Assembly (NCBI GenBank): GCA_002633005.1
Contig: NMRA01000250.1
Span: forward strand, 31,534 to 95,533
Length of the DNA stretch: 64,000 nt
Direction: 5' to 3'
Source of the DNA: Phoronis australis
Taxonomy: Eukaryota; Animalia; Phoronida
The first letter of the stretch is position 1; every line of letters starts with the position of its first letter. This document shows, piece after piece, positions 11,949-23,525 of this stretch. Under the pieces are notes generated by a model, which saw only the letters and a program-made list of their open reading frames with translations, did not search any database and was not told the origin of the DNA. The position numbers were made by a program, and so were the translations under genes.

Positions 11949-13031
11949 TTCCAACGCGCACTTTATAGGTTGAGCTGGAACAAGATTTTTTGTATAAGGT
12001 CCATTCTCCCTTGTAAATTCAGCTGCCTGTCCGCTCCTTAATTTTGATCCCACATAGAAATATGTCAAGTTTTACATGCATGGCTGGGCCCCTTGTTTAT
12101 GAAAGTTCTAAACTAATTGATTTTATTGAAGTGCCTGGCACTCTCTACAGGGCTTTGTAAAATCCAGCATTTTTCCAAGTTATTGTTAGACTGCTTAGAC
12201 ATGATGAATAAGTCATTTAATTAACTGGCAGCCATCTGGACTGCCATTGGAAATAGTGAAGATTTTTTCATTAAAAAAAGAGCAGGTGGCCTGATGTCAT
12301 TTGGGGTGCGTCAGACATGAGCAGGCCTCATGGTGGGCCCATTGCACCATTTGGTGAAAGATTAGATCTGTTAGGGATGGTAGTTCGCTCTTTTCTTGGG
12401 TAAAACCATGTTGAATGTGACAGCATCACTTAAGAGCTCTAGATGATATATTCAGTGTACAAGTGTTATGATGTTGGGAACAACTTGAGACTCATGTGAT
12501 TGGCCAACGAAGCCACTTACGTTAAAAATTCTTCAGTTAGGATACAATATCATGCATAAGCGGAATTTCATTTTGTATTTAATAGACTTTATTAATCGAC
12601 AAAATGTGTTTGATGGGAAGAATGTTACCAAAAATGCATTCATGTGTTTTTAGAAAATGTCACATGTTCACTTGGGCTCACATAATGCGCTCTCTGTTTG
12701 TCATTCAATCACAAATGAGTTCAATATGCCCATGCAGCCATAGCATGTTGTCTCATAATTTGACAGGCCCTCATGCTCAGTGTTCGTTATTGGGTTTCAA
12801 TGTTGTAAAGCTGAGCTACTTTGCGCTTACTTTTTATTATTCTCATAGAATCTTTCTCATTCGGGGAGTCTATTCATTCTGAGATTCATTTTGAATCCTT
12901 CATTCCTTCTGAACATTACAGCATTATCTGAATAAGCTGGTTCCAATGATTTCATCTTCTGTATTGTTTCTTTTCATTATTACCTAGAATATTCAGTCAT
13001 TTGAACTGGGCGTCTTATTCTGTTCTTTCAG

Positions 13032-13164
13032 GATCCTATTTATGTTCTGGAGAACAACATTCCCATTGACACTAAGTACTACCTGGAACAGCAACTGGCT
13101 AACCCTCTGATGAGAATATTTGAGCCAATCTTGGGTGAGAACAGGGCTGAATCTGTGCTGCTCC
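13032..13164 (+). CDS. POLD1: POLD1 exon
   Basis: tttcag|[44 protein letters not shown]|gtgagt (translated by hand, not in the ORF track). Confidence 0.98.
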
Positions 13165-13916
13165 GTGAGTATAAGATAATTGTTATTCTCTTTATAATAG
13201 TTGAGGCAATCCTGGGTGAAAACGGCGGATACAGTGCTTCTTTCTGCGTGTAGATCAATGTTATCTTTATCATTGGTAGCAAACCCTGTTGCTGTTTAGT
13301 ACATGCTGGGACTTCAGTTTCTGCTTGTTTTTATTTAATTTTTTCTGTGAAAAATTTTCACGTGGTCAATAAAGCTATGTGTAATGCTATGTAAGTAGTG
13401 TGGTGAAATCTCTGTGGGTGGTTTTATGAAATGAAATGCTGTGTTCCATGAACTGGGCTCCTGGTCTAATCTTTTTACTCAAAATCAAACACAAAAATAT
13501 ATTTTGAACTTACTGTTCTCCTTAACATAAGAAGATAATTATCTATAATTGTGTGGTTGAGTATATTACGAATTACGCACACCACTGTGTTGTGCACTCA
13601 AAGGCCCCTAGGTTTGAGCTACACACTCGAGTAAAGACTCAAGATGTTGAGCTCCTGCTCCTTCTTGTAACTGTAATTCAGTGTTCAACATGTGTAAAAT
13701 AGGATCACAGTCTTCCACGTAAGCCGTAGGATACTTGAGCGCTGAATGATAAACACTTATCTTCAGTTCGCACTAAATTAGAACTTCATAATTATGTGAA
13801 AAATAATTTTGAGTAAGATTTGACCCTGACCTCTGTTGTTAACGTGACCATTCTTAGACTGTTAATGTGACCGTTCTTGCACTGTTGCATTCACTCTCTG
13901 ATTTTATCCAAACTAG

Positions 13917-14030
13917 GCGGTGACCACACGCGCACACGTACAGTGGTGACATCTAAAGTTGGCGGTCTGGCAATGTTTGCCAAGAAGAAGAGCAAGTGCA
14001 TCGGTTGTAAATCGGTGTTGGAGAAAGATA
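13917..14030 (+). CDS. POLD1: POLD1 exon, start of C-terminal CysA region
   Basis: actag|(R)[37 protein letters not shown]|gtaagt. Confidence 0.97.
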
Positions 14031-14359
14031 GTAAGTGAATAAGTGTCAGTTTTGGAGAAAGGGTGTAAATGAAGAAAATGTAACGGGAATTTGTTCTTTT
14101 TAATCATTGTTGGAGAAAGGTAATAAAGTGTTACATATGATCAAGAGCTTTGATTGTAAATCATTGTTGGTAAAAGACGCTAAGTAATGAAAATATCAGA
14201 TGATTTGCTTGTAAATCAGTTTTGGAGAAAGGCATTGAAAGTGTTCAGAATATCAAGTGATTTGGTTGTAAATATGTATTTTCTAAAAGACAATAAGCAA
14301 TGGAAATATCAAAGATGATAAGCAATGGAAATATCAAAAAGCGTTGGTGCTTGTTCCAG

Positions 14360-14513
14360 GCGACGCTGTGTGCAAGTATTGCAGCGACCGTACGTCTGAG
14401 TTGTATCAGAAGGAGATTATGTCCTTGAACCTTCTGGAGGAGAAATTCTCACGGCTCTGGACTCAGTGCCAGCGCTGCCAGGGTAGTCTACATGAGGATG
14501 TCCTCTGCACCAG
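14360..14513 (+). CDS. POLD1: POLD1 exon, CysA/CysB metal-binding region
   Basis: ttccag|(S)DAVCKYC...[25 protein letters not shown](S)|gtaggg. Confidence 0.98.
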
Positions 14514-15053
14514 GTAGGGACAGCACTAGACTGGCTTGTTGTGAATCTTGAACAGTTTCTAAGTAAACTAGGGACTGTTGAACATGTTCATGTGTACGAA
14601 ATTTCACAAGACAGCCTAAACATAAGGAGTCGTATTCATGGGAGCTTAGAAATCACGGTTAAAGTTGAAAACTGTCAGTTTCACGCTTACTCAAAGCAAA
14701 AATGTCATTTCACAGGTGAAGGAAAAATTTGACCCTCTCTTCATATTGTCCAAAATAGGTTACAGGTGGCACGTAAAACTTCTACAAACACACATTTCGT
14801 CAAAGAAACTGACTTTTTGACTCTATAAAAGTGCTGTTAACTTGATACTTTGTATATTACTGGGTTCCCTTCAAGTCATGAGAATATTGAGTAAAGATCC
14901 CCTTTGGAACCAAAGAACTGCACCTTGGTGTAGAAAGTGTACAACCGTTTTGTCCATATCTTATGGACTTTATTCACCTCTGGGTGTGCCCTCTGTCCCC
15001 ATAGTATAAAACAATAGAACTTGTTCCTTGCTCAGATGGCGAGTGGCTTCTGT

Positions 15054-15429
15054 CAGGGCGTGGGATAAATTGACCATTTCATGACAACCCACGGGAAACT
15101 AGGTCACAAGCTCATCGCACAGATATAGGTAGATAAGCGTATCCATTGTTCACTTTGTTTTTCTTTCTTATAATAAAGTTAATGGTAAATATTTATCGGT
15201 AGCCAGCTGATGTGCGCCCAAGGTACGATATCCGTGCGACCTGCACCAAAGGAAAACAATGGTATCTTGCCATAGGCTATAACCGTGCGACGCGCTTACG
15301 CTCGTCGCATGGATCTCGCAAGTTAAACAATAGCTTGTGAAATTCATACGACGTCATTTGGCACGGGAAGCCAACTTCTTGTGCTTGGTCCCAAGCAATG
15401 ACGGATTTATCAGTTCTTTCCAAACCCTG
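15054..15429. mobile_element. hAT-like MITE
   Basis: Termini cagggcgtgggataaattga / tcagttctttccaaaccctg; degenerate 8-bp TSD gcttctgt / ggatctgt. Confidence 0.6.
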
Positions 15430-15702
15430 GGATCTGTTTCATGAAAGTGACTTAAACTTGCAAAGGAAATTTAGACTTAAGGTCCCACTTCACAGTTTAG
15501 TCATTGTGATTATGAGTGGATGACTGTCTAGAAATAATTTATAGAAATTATGTTAATAACTAGCAATCAGTGTACATTCTCGGAGACTTTGTACGTTTGT
15601 CATGTCAGATTTAATTACTTTTCTCAAATAGTTGTGTGGACCGTAAGACCAGATTTAAGACTTGAAAAAGTCTTAAATCACTTTTCATGAAACAAACCCC
15701 TG
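15430..15702. mobile_element. MITE with TIRs tgtttcatgaaagtga
   Basis: ggatctgtttcatgaaagtgacttaa mirrors ttaaatcacttttcatgaaacaaacccc; partial copy at 11810-11948. Confidence 0.7.
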
Positions 15703-16266
15703 AAGTCATCTCCAAGGAACTGGTCGGGGACCAATTTGTTTTTGTTAAATAGTTTAAGTATTGTATGAATATGTAAATCTTGAACCAGCGTGGAAATACA
15801 AATCACATTTTTAAGTCTGGTCTGCACACCACCTGTTGGCCAGACTTTCTGTGAGTTCAAGTATTAGTCTGTTTTAATGTACAAGCGAGTGTTTAAAGTT
15901 GCTGAATACTTGTTTTTCTACCATTCTTAATAGGTTTTGAATCGTTTGCTTTGAAGCTAGGCAAGGTTTTACATGTCTTCACAAAATTTTGAAAACTTTC
16001 AGGAAAGGTCAATTTTTAATTGACTTTGGTAGAAACAGGCAATCTTACGAGCAGGGTTTTTCTTGGGACACAAATTAAATTTTTCCACAAATATTCCCAG
16101 AAAATGCAAGGTCCCGCAGCTTTGAGGATTTTTGTCGGCGAATCAAAGATCATCATTTGTTTTGATGTATCATGTGAAAAATTTTGGTTTAATTTGAATT
16201 TCAGCTGTCTTATTGCCAAACACGGGGTCAGCAACTGAAACCAAGTGATTTGTATCTTTTTTCCAG

Positions 16267-16363
16267 TCGTGACTGTCCCATATTCTACATGAGGAAGAAG
16301 GTGCAGGTTGACTTAGCAGACCAGGTAAACCTTATAGAAAGATTTGGCATTCCCTCTTGGTGA
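16267..16363 (+). CDS. POLD1: POLD1 terminal coding exon
   Basis: ttccag|[31 protein letters not shown] with TGA at 16361-16363. Confidence 0.98.
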
Positions 16364-16539
16364 AACAAGATGGCCGCCAGTGGTTTCACTTGGATCAACA
16401 ACAGCATAAAGCGCCACCCGGTGTTACTGCAGGGAGTCTCTTGGCACATATTGTCAGTATAGAAGGATCTACTCAGTTCATACTGGTAGGACTTCATTAA
16501 TGTATGAGATTGATTGGGTGTGATGTTACACAATGACTC

Positions 16540-16868
16540 AGCAATATTTTTAGTCTGGTTTGCACACCACCTGTTGGCCACATCATATGACCTAATGGAT
16601 CTGAAAAGATTTCTTCCCCGTGGGACTTGAACCTGGGACCTCCTGCTAAGCGTGCAGACTCTCTGGTCCACTGAGCCATCGGGACCACCGGCACAGAAAT
16701 CGAATCAGATTTAGTAGTGGGCATTCCGCCCTCATACTCCCGAGTGCCCAGTTAGCAGAAGTTTTCGGGTTCGAGTCCCAACCAGAGCAGAAATCTTGTC
16801 AGTCTTATGTTCATTATGTCACGTGAAGTGGCCAACAGGTGGCGTGCAGACCAGACTTAAAAAATGCT
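16540..16868. mobile_element. Foldback element with ~120-bp inverted arms, each with a tRNA-like cassette
   Basis: Left arm agtctggtttgcacaccacctgttggccacatcatatgac...gggacttgaacc pairs with right arm ggttcgagtccc...gtcacgtgaagtggccaacaggtggcgtgcagaccagact. Related copies at 15805-15845 and 26555-26685. Confidence 0.8.
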
Positions 16869-17103
16869 TGCTGGTTTAAAATTTACAGATTCATATTGTA
16901 CAGAATTATTCAAACAAAATAACCTGGAATTCCTTGTCATGACTGCTGGCTGGACGCCAAAGTTATTATCAGAGTAGTCTACGCTCGTGAAGGAATTAGC
17001 GGGAAAGTTAATAAGATGGCCACGTCACGCCATATTAGTCTACACTTGTCATTTTTGCTGCTATCATAATTATGTGTGATGACATGAAAGCATTATTTTG
17101 TCT

Positions 17104-17172
17104 GAATACTTACATCTTACACTTAAGAATACTTACATCTTACACTTAAGAATACTTACATCTTATACTTAA
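17104..17172. repeat. 23-bp tandem repeat x3
   Basis: Unit gaatacttacatcttacacttaa. Confidence 0.95.
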
Positions 17173-17490
17173 GTCTAAAGTAAAATTAGTTTCTGAATTC
17201 AGCTGCAGTCCGTGGGATTTCTCTTCAGGTAATCAGGGGGTTGAAATTAAAACATTTGCAAAATGACGAGCAGGTTTGTTTTTGTTCAGTGCTTGTGGTT
17301 AGGTAACAGTTACTTCGTTTGATGTTTATTAAGTAGGTCAAGATGTGCTCCTCTTCTGTTACGTCGTCTGAACTAGACGTGCCTATGATGTGTATTAAGT
17401 ATATAAAAATGTGTTCTCTCCAGTTCACATGGACGAGTAAATTCCTAACGATATGTGATGCATTTATAAAGGTTACATCTGTTTATGTGA

Positions 17491-17496
17491 AATAAA
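17491..17496 (+). terminator. Candidate POLD1 polyadenylation signal
   Basis: AATAAA about 1.1 kb after the stop, followed by a T/GT-rich tract. Confidence 0.5.
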
Positions 17497-18463
17497 GGAT
17501 ATATTAGTACATTTTTGTAAGTGTCTACCGTTTTCATTGTTGAGATCGAATTCTTAACAGAAGAGTGCTTTGGCACACTTACTCAATCCTGAATTGTTGC
17601 TAAGTCAATTGGCTCAGAATCAGAAGCATTGTGTACATGAGCCATTTTCGAAATTGCAATTTGAGAGTGGGGCAACCCCAATAAACACTGAAGCAGTTTC
17701 ATGAGTCGCCACTGTAACAGAAATCAAACCCTATCACAATGAAGAATATTGGAAGCCAACTGACTACGCCACCTGGTGGTGGGATTTTACAACCATCAAT
17801 TGATTGGCTGATTGACAGGAAGGCAAAAATCTGATTTGGGTAAAATCTGGCCACATTATGGGTGACAAGTGATTTGTTTTAATGATAAGAAGTCATTACA
17901 AAACCCTCCCCTTTGGTTTCGACTCCTGGGAACAAGGGTTTCTAAATGGAGGCTTGTCCTGATATCAATTTCATTGTTGAGCATTCTAGCATTACAACTT
18001 GCAGGTTGATTATCTGCCACTTTTTTCTTATCTGCCACTTCTCGAAGGATTTCCAAAACCATTCATCAACGTATATTAGAAAAATGGAACCTATTTTATT
18101 AATTTTGGCTAGTTTCATGCATTACTTCCAGTTGAAATAACCATATTAATTTCACTTCACACAAGGAATTCAATTTCTGAAGCTAAACAGTTCGAAAAAC
18201 AAGCAGTTGTTCACAACAAATCAATTTATTTTAGCCAGTGTTTTAATACTGTGAAACAATGGCTACTGTGGTAAATGCTCTGCTCCTTGCAATAGAACAA
18301 GTTTCTTTAGGATGGCACCAATTGTACAAATGTATTAATGGAGTATAATTGGTGTCCTGAACTTGAATGGGACTACTTTCTTATGCACTAAAGTAGTGCT
18401 GTATCATTTTCAAGGGCTGTTCTTCCTGTGGCCATTCATTGCAATGTTAAAAGAGTGAAGAAG

Positions 18464-18620
18464 CAGGGTGGATCCAGAATTTTTTAAAAGAGGGGGGTCG
18501 GATCAAGGGTTTTTTTTTAAAAAGGGGGTCCAAGTCAACAATTTAAACATTCTAAATTTGATATAACTAAAATCAAGGAAAAGGGGCTCTGGACCCTTGA
18601 CCGCCCTGGATTCGCCTATA
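18464..18620. mobile_element. Short MITE, caggg(g)tggatcc...ggatccgcc family
   Basis: Termini cagggtggatccag / ctggattcgcc; related copies at about 29434-29550 and 39582-39738. Confidence 0.7.
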
Positions 18621-21008
18621 AGAAGGGTCGATTTTGGCTGTAATTTTTTACGGAGACAGTTGAGATTTTACCATACTGAGTGATTGGTACATTTGAAAGA
18701 TACCAAGAATGAGATGGGTGATTGAGGAAAATATTTTGAGCCTGGAGGGGTAAGTAGTCTGCATAGTGCTAGATGGTTGTAAATCGTGGGTGTCCTTGGC
18801 ACACAGGCCATTTGAAATTGACAAGCAAGGTTAGAGACTACTCAGATTGTGAACCCTGTTCCTAATCATACAACCCTTCCAATATATGCCTGTGTAAGGA
18901 AAACCATGTCTTAAGCCAGCGTTTATGGTCCTGGCTGAGAAGATGTTTATTTAATTATCCCATGTGGATCATGAATAGCCTAGCCCAGAATGTGGCCAAT
19001 ATCTTGCAAATTAGGGCAAGTCTTCGTATATTCAGCACACAAATCACAATCAGCTACTGCAAGTGAAATGCTATTTAAGGCTACTGTTAAGAGTAAATCT
19101 GTTAATATTTACTGACACTATATCGTTCAATTCCTCAAGCCACTGCTGCCCACCAAGGTCTATCTCTATCAACTGTACTGTTGAAAGGGTGTGTCGCTTG
19201 TATAAGGTTACGCACCCTTGTAGTCGTCAAGATAAACCTACTTGTTTTTTAGAGTTGAGTACTTGAAAGGCCGGAACCGCATCATGAAGACCTCAATGAC
19301 GTGAGAGGTTTTCTCATAACATTGACCTGTGATATTGGGTCTTCAAAATATCGTAAATTCTTATTTATTGAGCTTATTTTTGTATAACAAAACAGTGCGC
19401 TTTGTAGTGTTTTAAGACAACAACCTTACGCAACTTTAGAACCTGATAGTTTTCGCCCGCACGTAACCGCGGTACACCAGCAGTCTCCTTTCAGGGCTTT
19501 GGTCACTTGTCTACCAATAGGTGGCAGAAGTTACATTCCGGCGTTTTCCCGTTGCTCCCAACTTGTTCGATCTCTTACAAATAAGTTGGAAAGGTGACCC
19601 CTGTAACTAATATCTTACACGACTGATTGACTCCATTCTGGCATTTATGGTTGGAGGTCCAGACCTCATTTGTTCGATAATTGCTCTAATCTCTCATGAG
19701 ATAGTATCTAGCCTGTCGGACTGCGTGGACTGTGCTGTTAAAAATAAAAGTTAAGTTATAACATATTTGAACAAAAACCAATAGCACTTCTGAAATCCTC
19801 GTCAAATGGTGATCACGTTTAGTTTTTGAATCGCCAAAATCGTCCAACTACAACCGAAGTTAAGACAATCTATTCTTTCTGAACTATAGTCGCTCTGAGT
19901 TTGACTGTGTTCACACGTGGTCTGTAATAAACCTGGTAGATAATTGGCCTGCCTGTTGTCATACCAGACAAAAGACTGCTTGGCTGTTAACAAGAAACTA
20001 GATGTTATCACACGCTCACAACCCTTTACGTCTGGAAAATTGTCCACCCTTTGAGGCGTAAATTAAAGTCCGTTTGCCTCGCGCAACCAAATGCAAACTA
20101 TGTGCACGACTCAAAATGTTTCTGTTTGTAACTGACAAAAGAAGTATTTTTGCCGTTGACAATACGACACATTGACAATACGACACATTTATACCTAGAA
20201 AATGAAGCGGCTCGAGAATGACATGTGGAAATTTTTATTTATCTACCTTCCATCTTGGAGCATTGAGTGCAAAGTGGGAGGAATCAAGCGGTATTTTAAG
20301 TGCGGTGTAGTGGGATTGAAAATATTTTTATAATTGCATTAACATTGCATGTTCGATTTTGTACCCTGTAGTCAACACATCAATTTTTTATTTAAAAAGA
20401 AAATGGAACAGTGGCCAGTAATTGAAAATCCTCAAAACGCATAAGTAACTGAACAACGTTGCCAGGTGGACTTTGGTTTCGGCATTCTCACCGTGTCCAT
20501 AAATAATGCTTCTATCAGTGTATATGTTGTGTTAAATTTCATTTATTTAGTACACAATACTCGACCTGTGTTCTACATTGTTACCGGGTATTTCAAAGTG
20601 CGTTTTTATGACGGCCGTATCGTACTAGAATCAAACGAACTGCATTTGATATCGCTCCATTGTTATAAAATATTGCAGTTTCTTTATCCTTTGTGGGTTC
20701 AATTTTATTTAGGCGTCTTCACTATTTTCTTGCCGCCAACTTAATCCAGGATGTAATTTTAAATTTAAATACGTCTTTGCCCTATTTGAAAGTTCATATT
20801 GACGCAGATTAAAACGGAATTTCCGCCATTGCCGATGCACTTGCAAATGCAGACGATTTCTGTTGTGGACAAAATGACGGATTTAGAAGACGTCAAGATT
20901 TTAACTTAATTGAACTCCAACGCCAGTGGGGTTTTATAATTTTCTTAATTGATTTTTTCCAGAAAAACGAGCCTGTCGGAGACACCATGCCACGTTTATA
21001 ACTTCCTC

Positions 21009-21089
21009 TAGAAATTGTCCGCTTCTCACTGGTCGATTGTGTTATAACTTGCTCTAGAAATTGTCCGCTTCTCACTGGTCGATTGTGTT
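21009..21089. repeat. 35-bp direct repeat x2
   Basis: tagaaattgtccgcttctcactggtcgattgtgtt occurs twice with a short spacer. Confidence 0.9.
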
Positions 21090-23525
21090 GATCATGCCGT
21101 TACATCGTCAACCTTATCCCTCGTACCAAATGAGTACTACTTTTAAATGGCGGATCAGATACATGCATTTACTTTTGCGGGTTGAAACTTTGAAGAGCAA
21201 TTCCTTTCTACAGCTATTGCTGCAGACCCTTCGTGGTGATTATGACAGCATCTATTAGGCAATAAAATTCGGTGTTCATCGCTGCAAAGAAGGAATTAGG
21301 CTTGATAATGACCTGGGCAGAATTCTTTTACTGATAATTTCTTTTTGAGTAACTCGGTTTGTGTGGGTACGCCCGTGTGTTTGCTAACCATTTCGAGTGG
21401 CACCACAGGCTACGACTGTTAAGATTTTTATGAAAAAGAAGCATTGTGTACCGATATTCGTGGTAATTTTCCATAATACCGGTGGTGTTTACATCAGTCA
21501 TGAAAGACCCTGGTCCGCGAAGAAGTTGTAGACAATATATTTCTATATTCCAAGAACAATATTTTCGTCATGTTTTTTTTTTCGATCATAGGAAGGTGAA
21601 AGACACACTCCATGCCTCCTACCTATCAAACAATGCGTTCGGTGAAGGCGGGCTGTGGAACTAGGGGTGGGTAGGATCTAATCAAAATTGAAGTTGCCGA
21701 CTCTACGTTATCATATTTGCCTTCGTGGCTGGTTTGATTGTTTGCCAAGACCCTGTCAGTGACCTATTGTTTTGAGGAATACAACACGTTATCGTCCTTT
21801 TGTGTCTGGCACAATTCGATAACGTTGAGTATTTAGGAAGTGGGTTCAGCTATGGAATGCACGCTACAAGTTACATTGTTGAGGGACATTCTGGACGAGA
21901 ATCAGTGGTAGAGCGGAGTCTAACTCCGCTGCAGTCGAATGCTCTACAGCTGAACTAAACCTCATACGTTAAAATCGGTACGCATTTAAAAGGACAATAT
22001 TCCGTTCTTAGCGTCGAAAACACATTTTTGGATTCTTGCTGTTTGTTATATTTGCCTTCTGCATTAGTTACTAGCTTTGACCAGAGTTATAAAACAAAAT
22101 TCGTTTTGGGGATTTTATTACAGATCGCCGTTGTCTACCAGACACTCGCTGAAATCAAGACCAGCGAGTGTTTTATTGTTTAAAAAAAGCTCTGAACAAT
22201 CCGACTGCGCTGGTCTGTATACAATTTTGAACAATTGCATATGATCTTTTGGTCATTCTTTGTAGTTATCTGACAGTGTCATTGTCTCCCACTTTGTAAT
22301 GAACAAGTCAAGTTTCATTAAGGCACTATTTTCAAAAAAAATGCTGCTTTGTTTTCTCTCAAATATTTCGCATATAGGCGCATGTGCCTAATTCCGAATG
22401 TAGACGCATTCACTGGAGTAGCCACACGTACACTTGGGGCATGCAAACTTCAAGTGATTGGCAACTCGCAGACATTTTCTGCAATGAGCAGAAAAGGAGG
22501 ACCCAAAATTGAAATGAGTTTTAACCGAGGGGAAGGCTGTTTTTCAATGAACATGGTACATACTGTTGCGGCCTCGTGGCCATGACAGTGTCCGGGTACT
22601 CCCCAGTACTACGATATTTCCGTGTATAGGTGGCGCTATGACAGAGGGTACCCTTGTTGGCATAGTTTCACGCAGGTGTATGTGCCTAAATTCGCGCACA
22701 TACGGAAAACTAGGCCAGACTGTCTGTTAAATATAACTCGATAAATATGGATTTGTTTACCGAATATCTTGACCTGCCGCAATCATTCATCCATGTCAAT
22801 AAAAACTTCGAAAATCAAATTTCATATTTAGTTAACAGATTTGTTCTTTTTCAGTCTGACTCCTGATGCGGTATTGTTTAACTGTCTACTTTTATTATAT
22901 CTTAAATGACTTATCGCGTGTGGTGGTCTAACGTTTCTGTGTGCATGTCAACAAGTTATGGGCCCACGATTGTTTTTTCACCATACCATTGATTTTGACA
23001 ATCTGATCGTGGTTATAATGAAATACCATTGACTTTTGCGTATAGTTTTACAGTTTTGGCACGTCATAAACCTCGGTTGCGTTCCCCAGAGCATGTTTCT
23101 TGCGAGAAAAGAGGCCACACAAGTCTTACAAGACAAGCACGCGGTCACGCTATGAAATTTGTCTCCGAAGTGTTCCGTGGCAAAATGCACGCGATAAGCG
23201 GGTGTCAACGCTCTGCTTTGCTATTGTATGGGTTATAGGAGACAATTAAAAAGTTGTTTTATGAATCGGGAAAGGTCTTTACGAAAGCTAATTATTACAG
23301 TAACACTCTGAATAGTTCACTAGCCAAACTTAGTAAATGATCGTTAGTAAAAGTAAAACAACGTTCGGTAATAGTTTTATCTCAATCAGTGAAAAACTAC
23401 TTTTTACCCATTGAAGACCCGGATCGTTGGCTGGATTTAGAGCGTGACCAAAGGAAAAAAGCAGCACTGTCATATCATTTTTGGGATACCTGGGTGGTTG
23501 TTCCGTGAAATTCATGGTGCTAGCC

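Noticed and set aside
8173-16363. Viral or Polinton/Maverick family-B polymerase
   Set aside because: Spliceosomal introns and the CysA/CysB C-terminus identify cellular POLD1.
16605-16690. tRNA gene (also 26590-26630, 43037-43100, 56849-56925)
   Set aside because: A/B boxes are present but I could not form a proper acceptor stem or cloverleaf; all sit within repeat families.
19430-19735. Two exon-like blocks on minus with ag/gt borders
   Set aside because: All frames contain stops and no homology was recognised.
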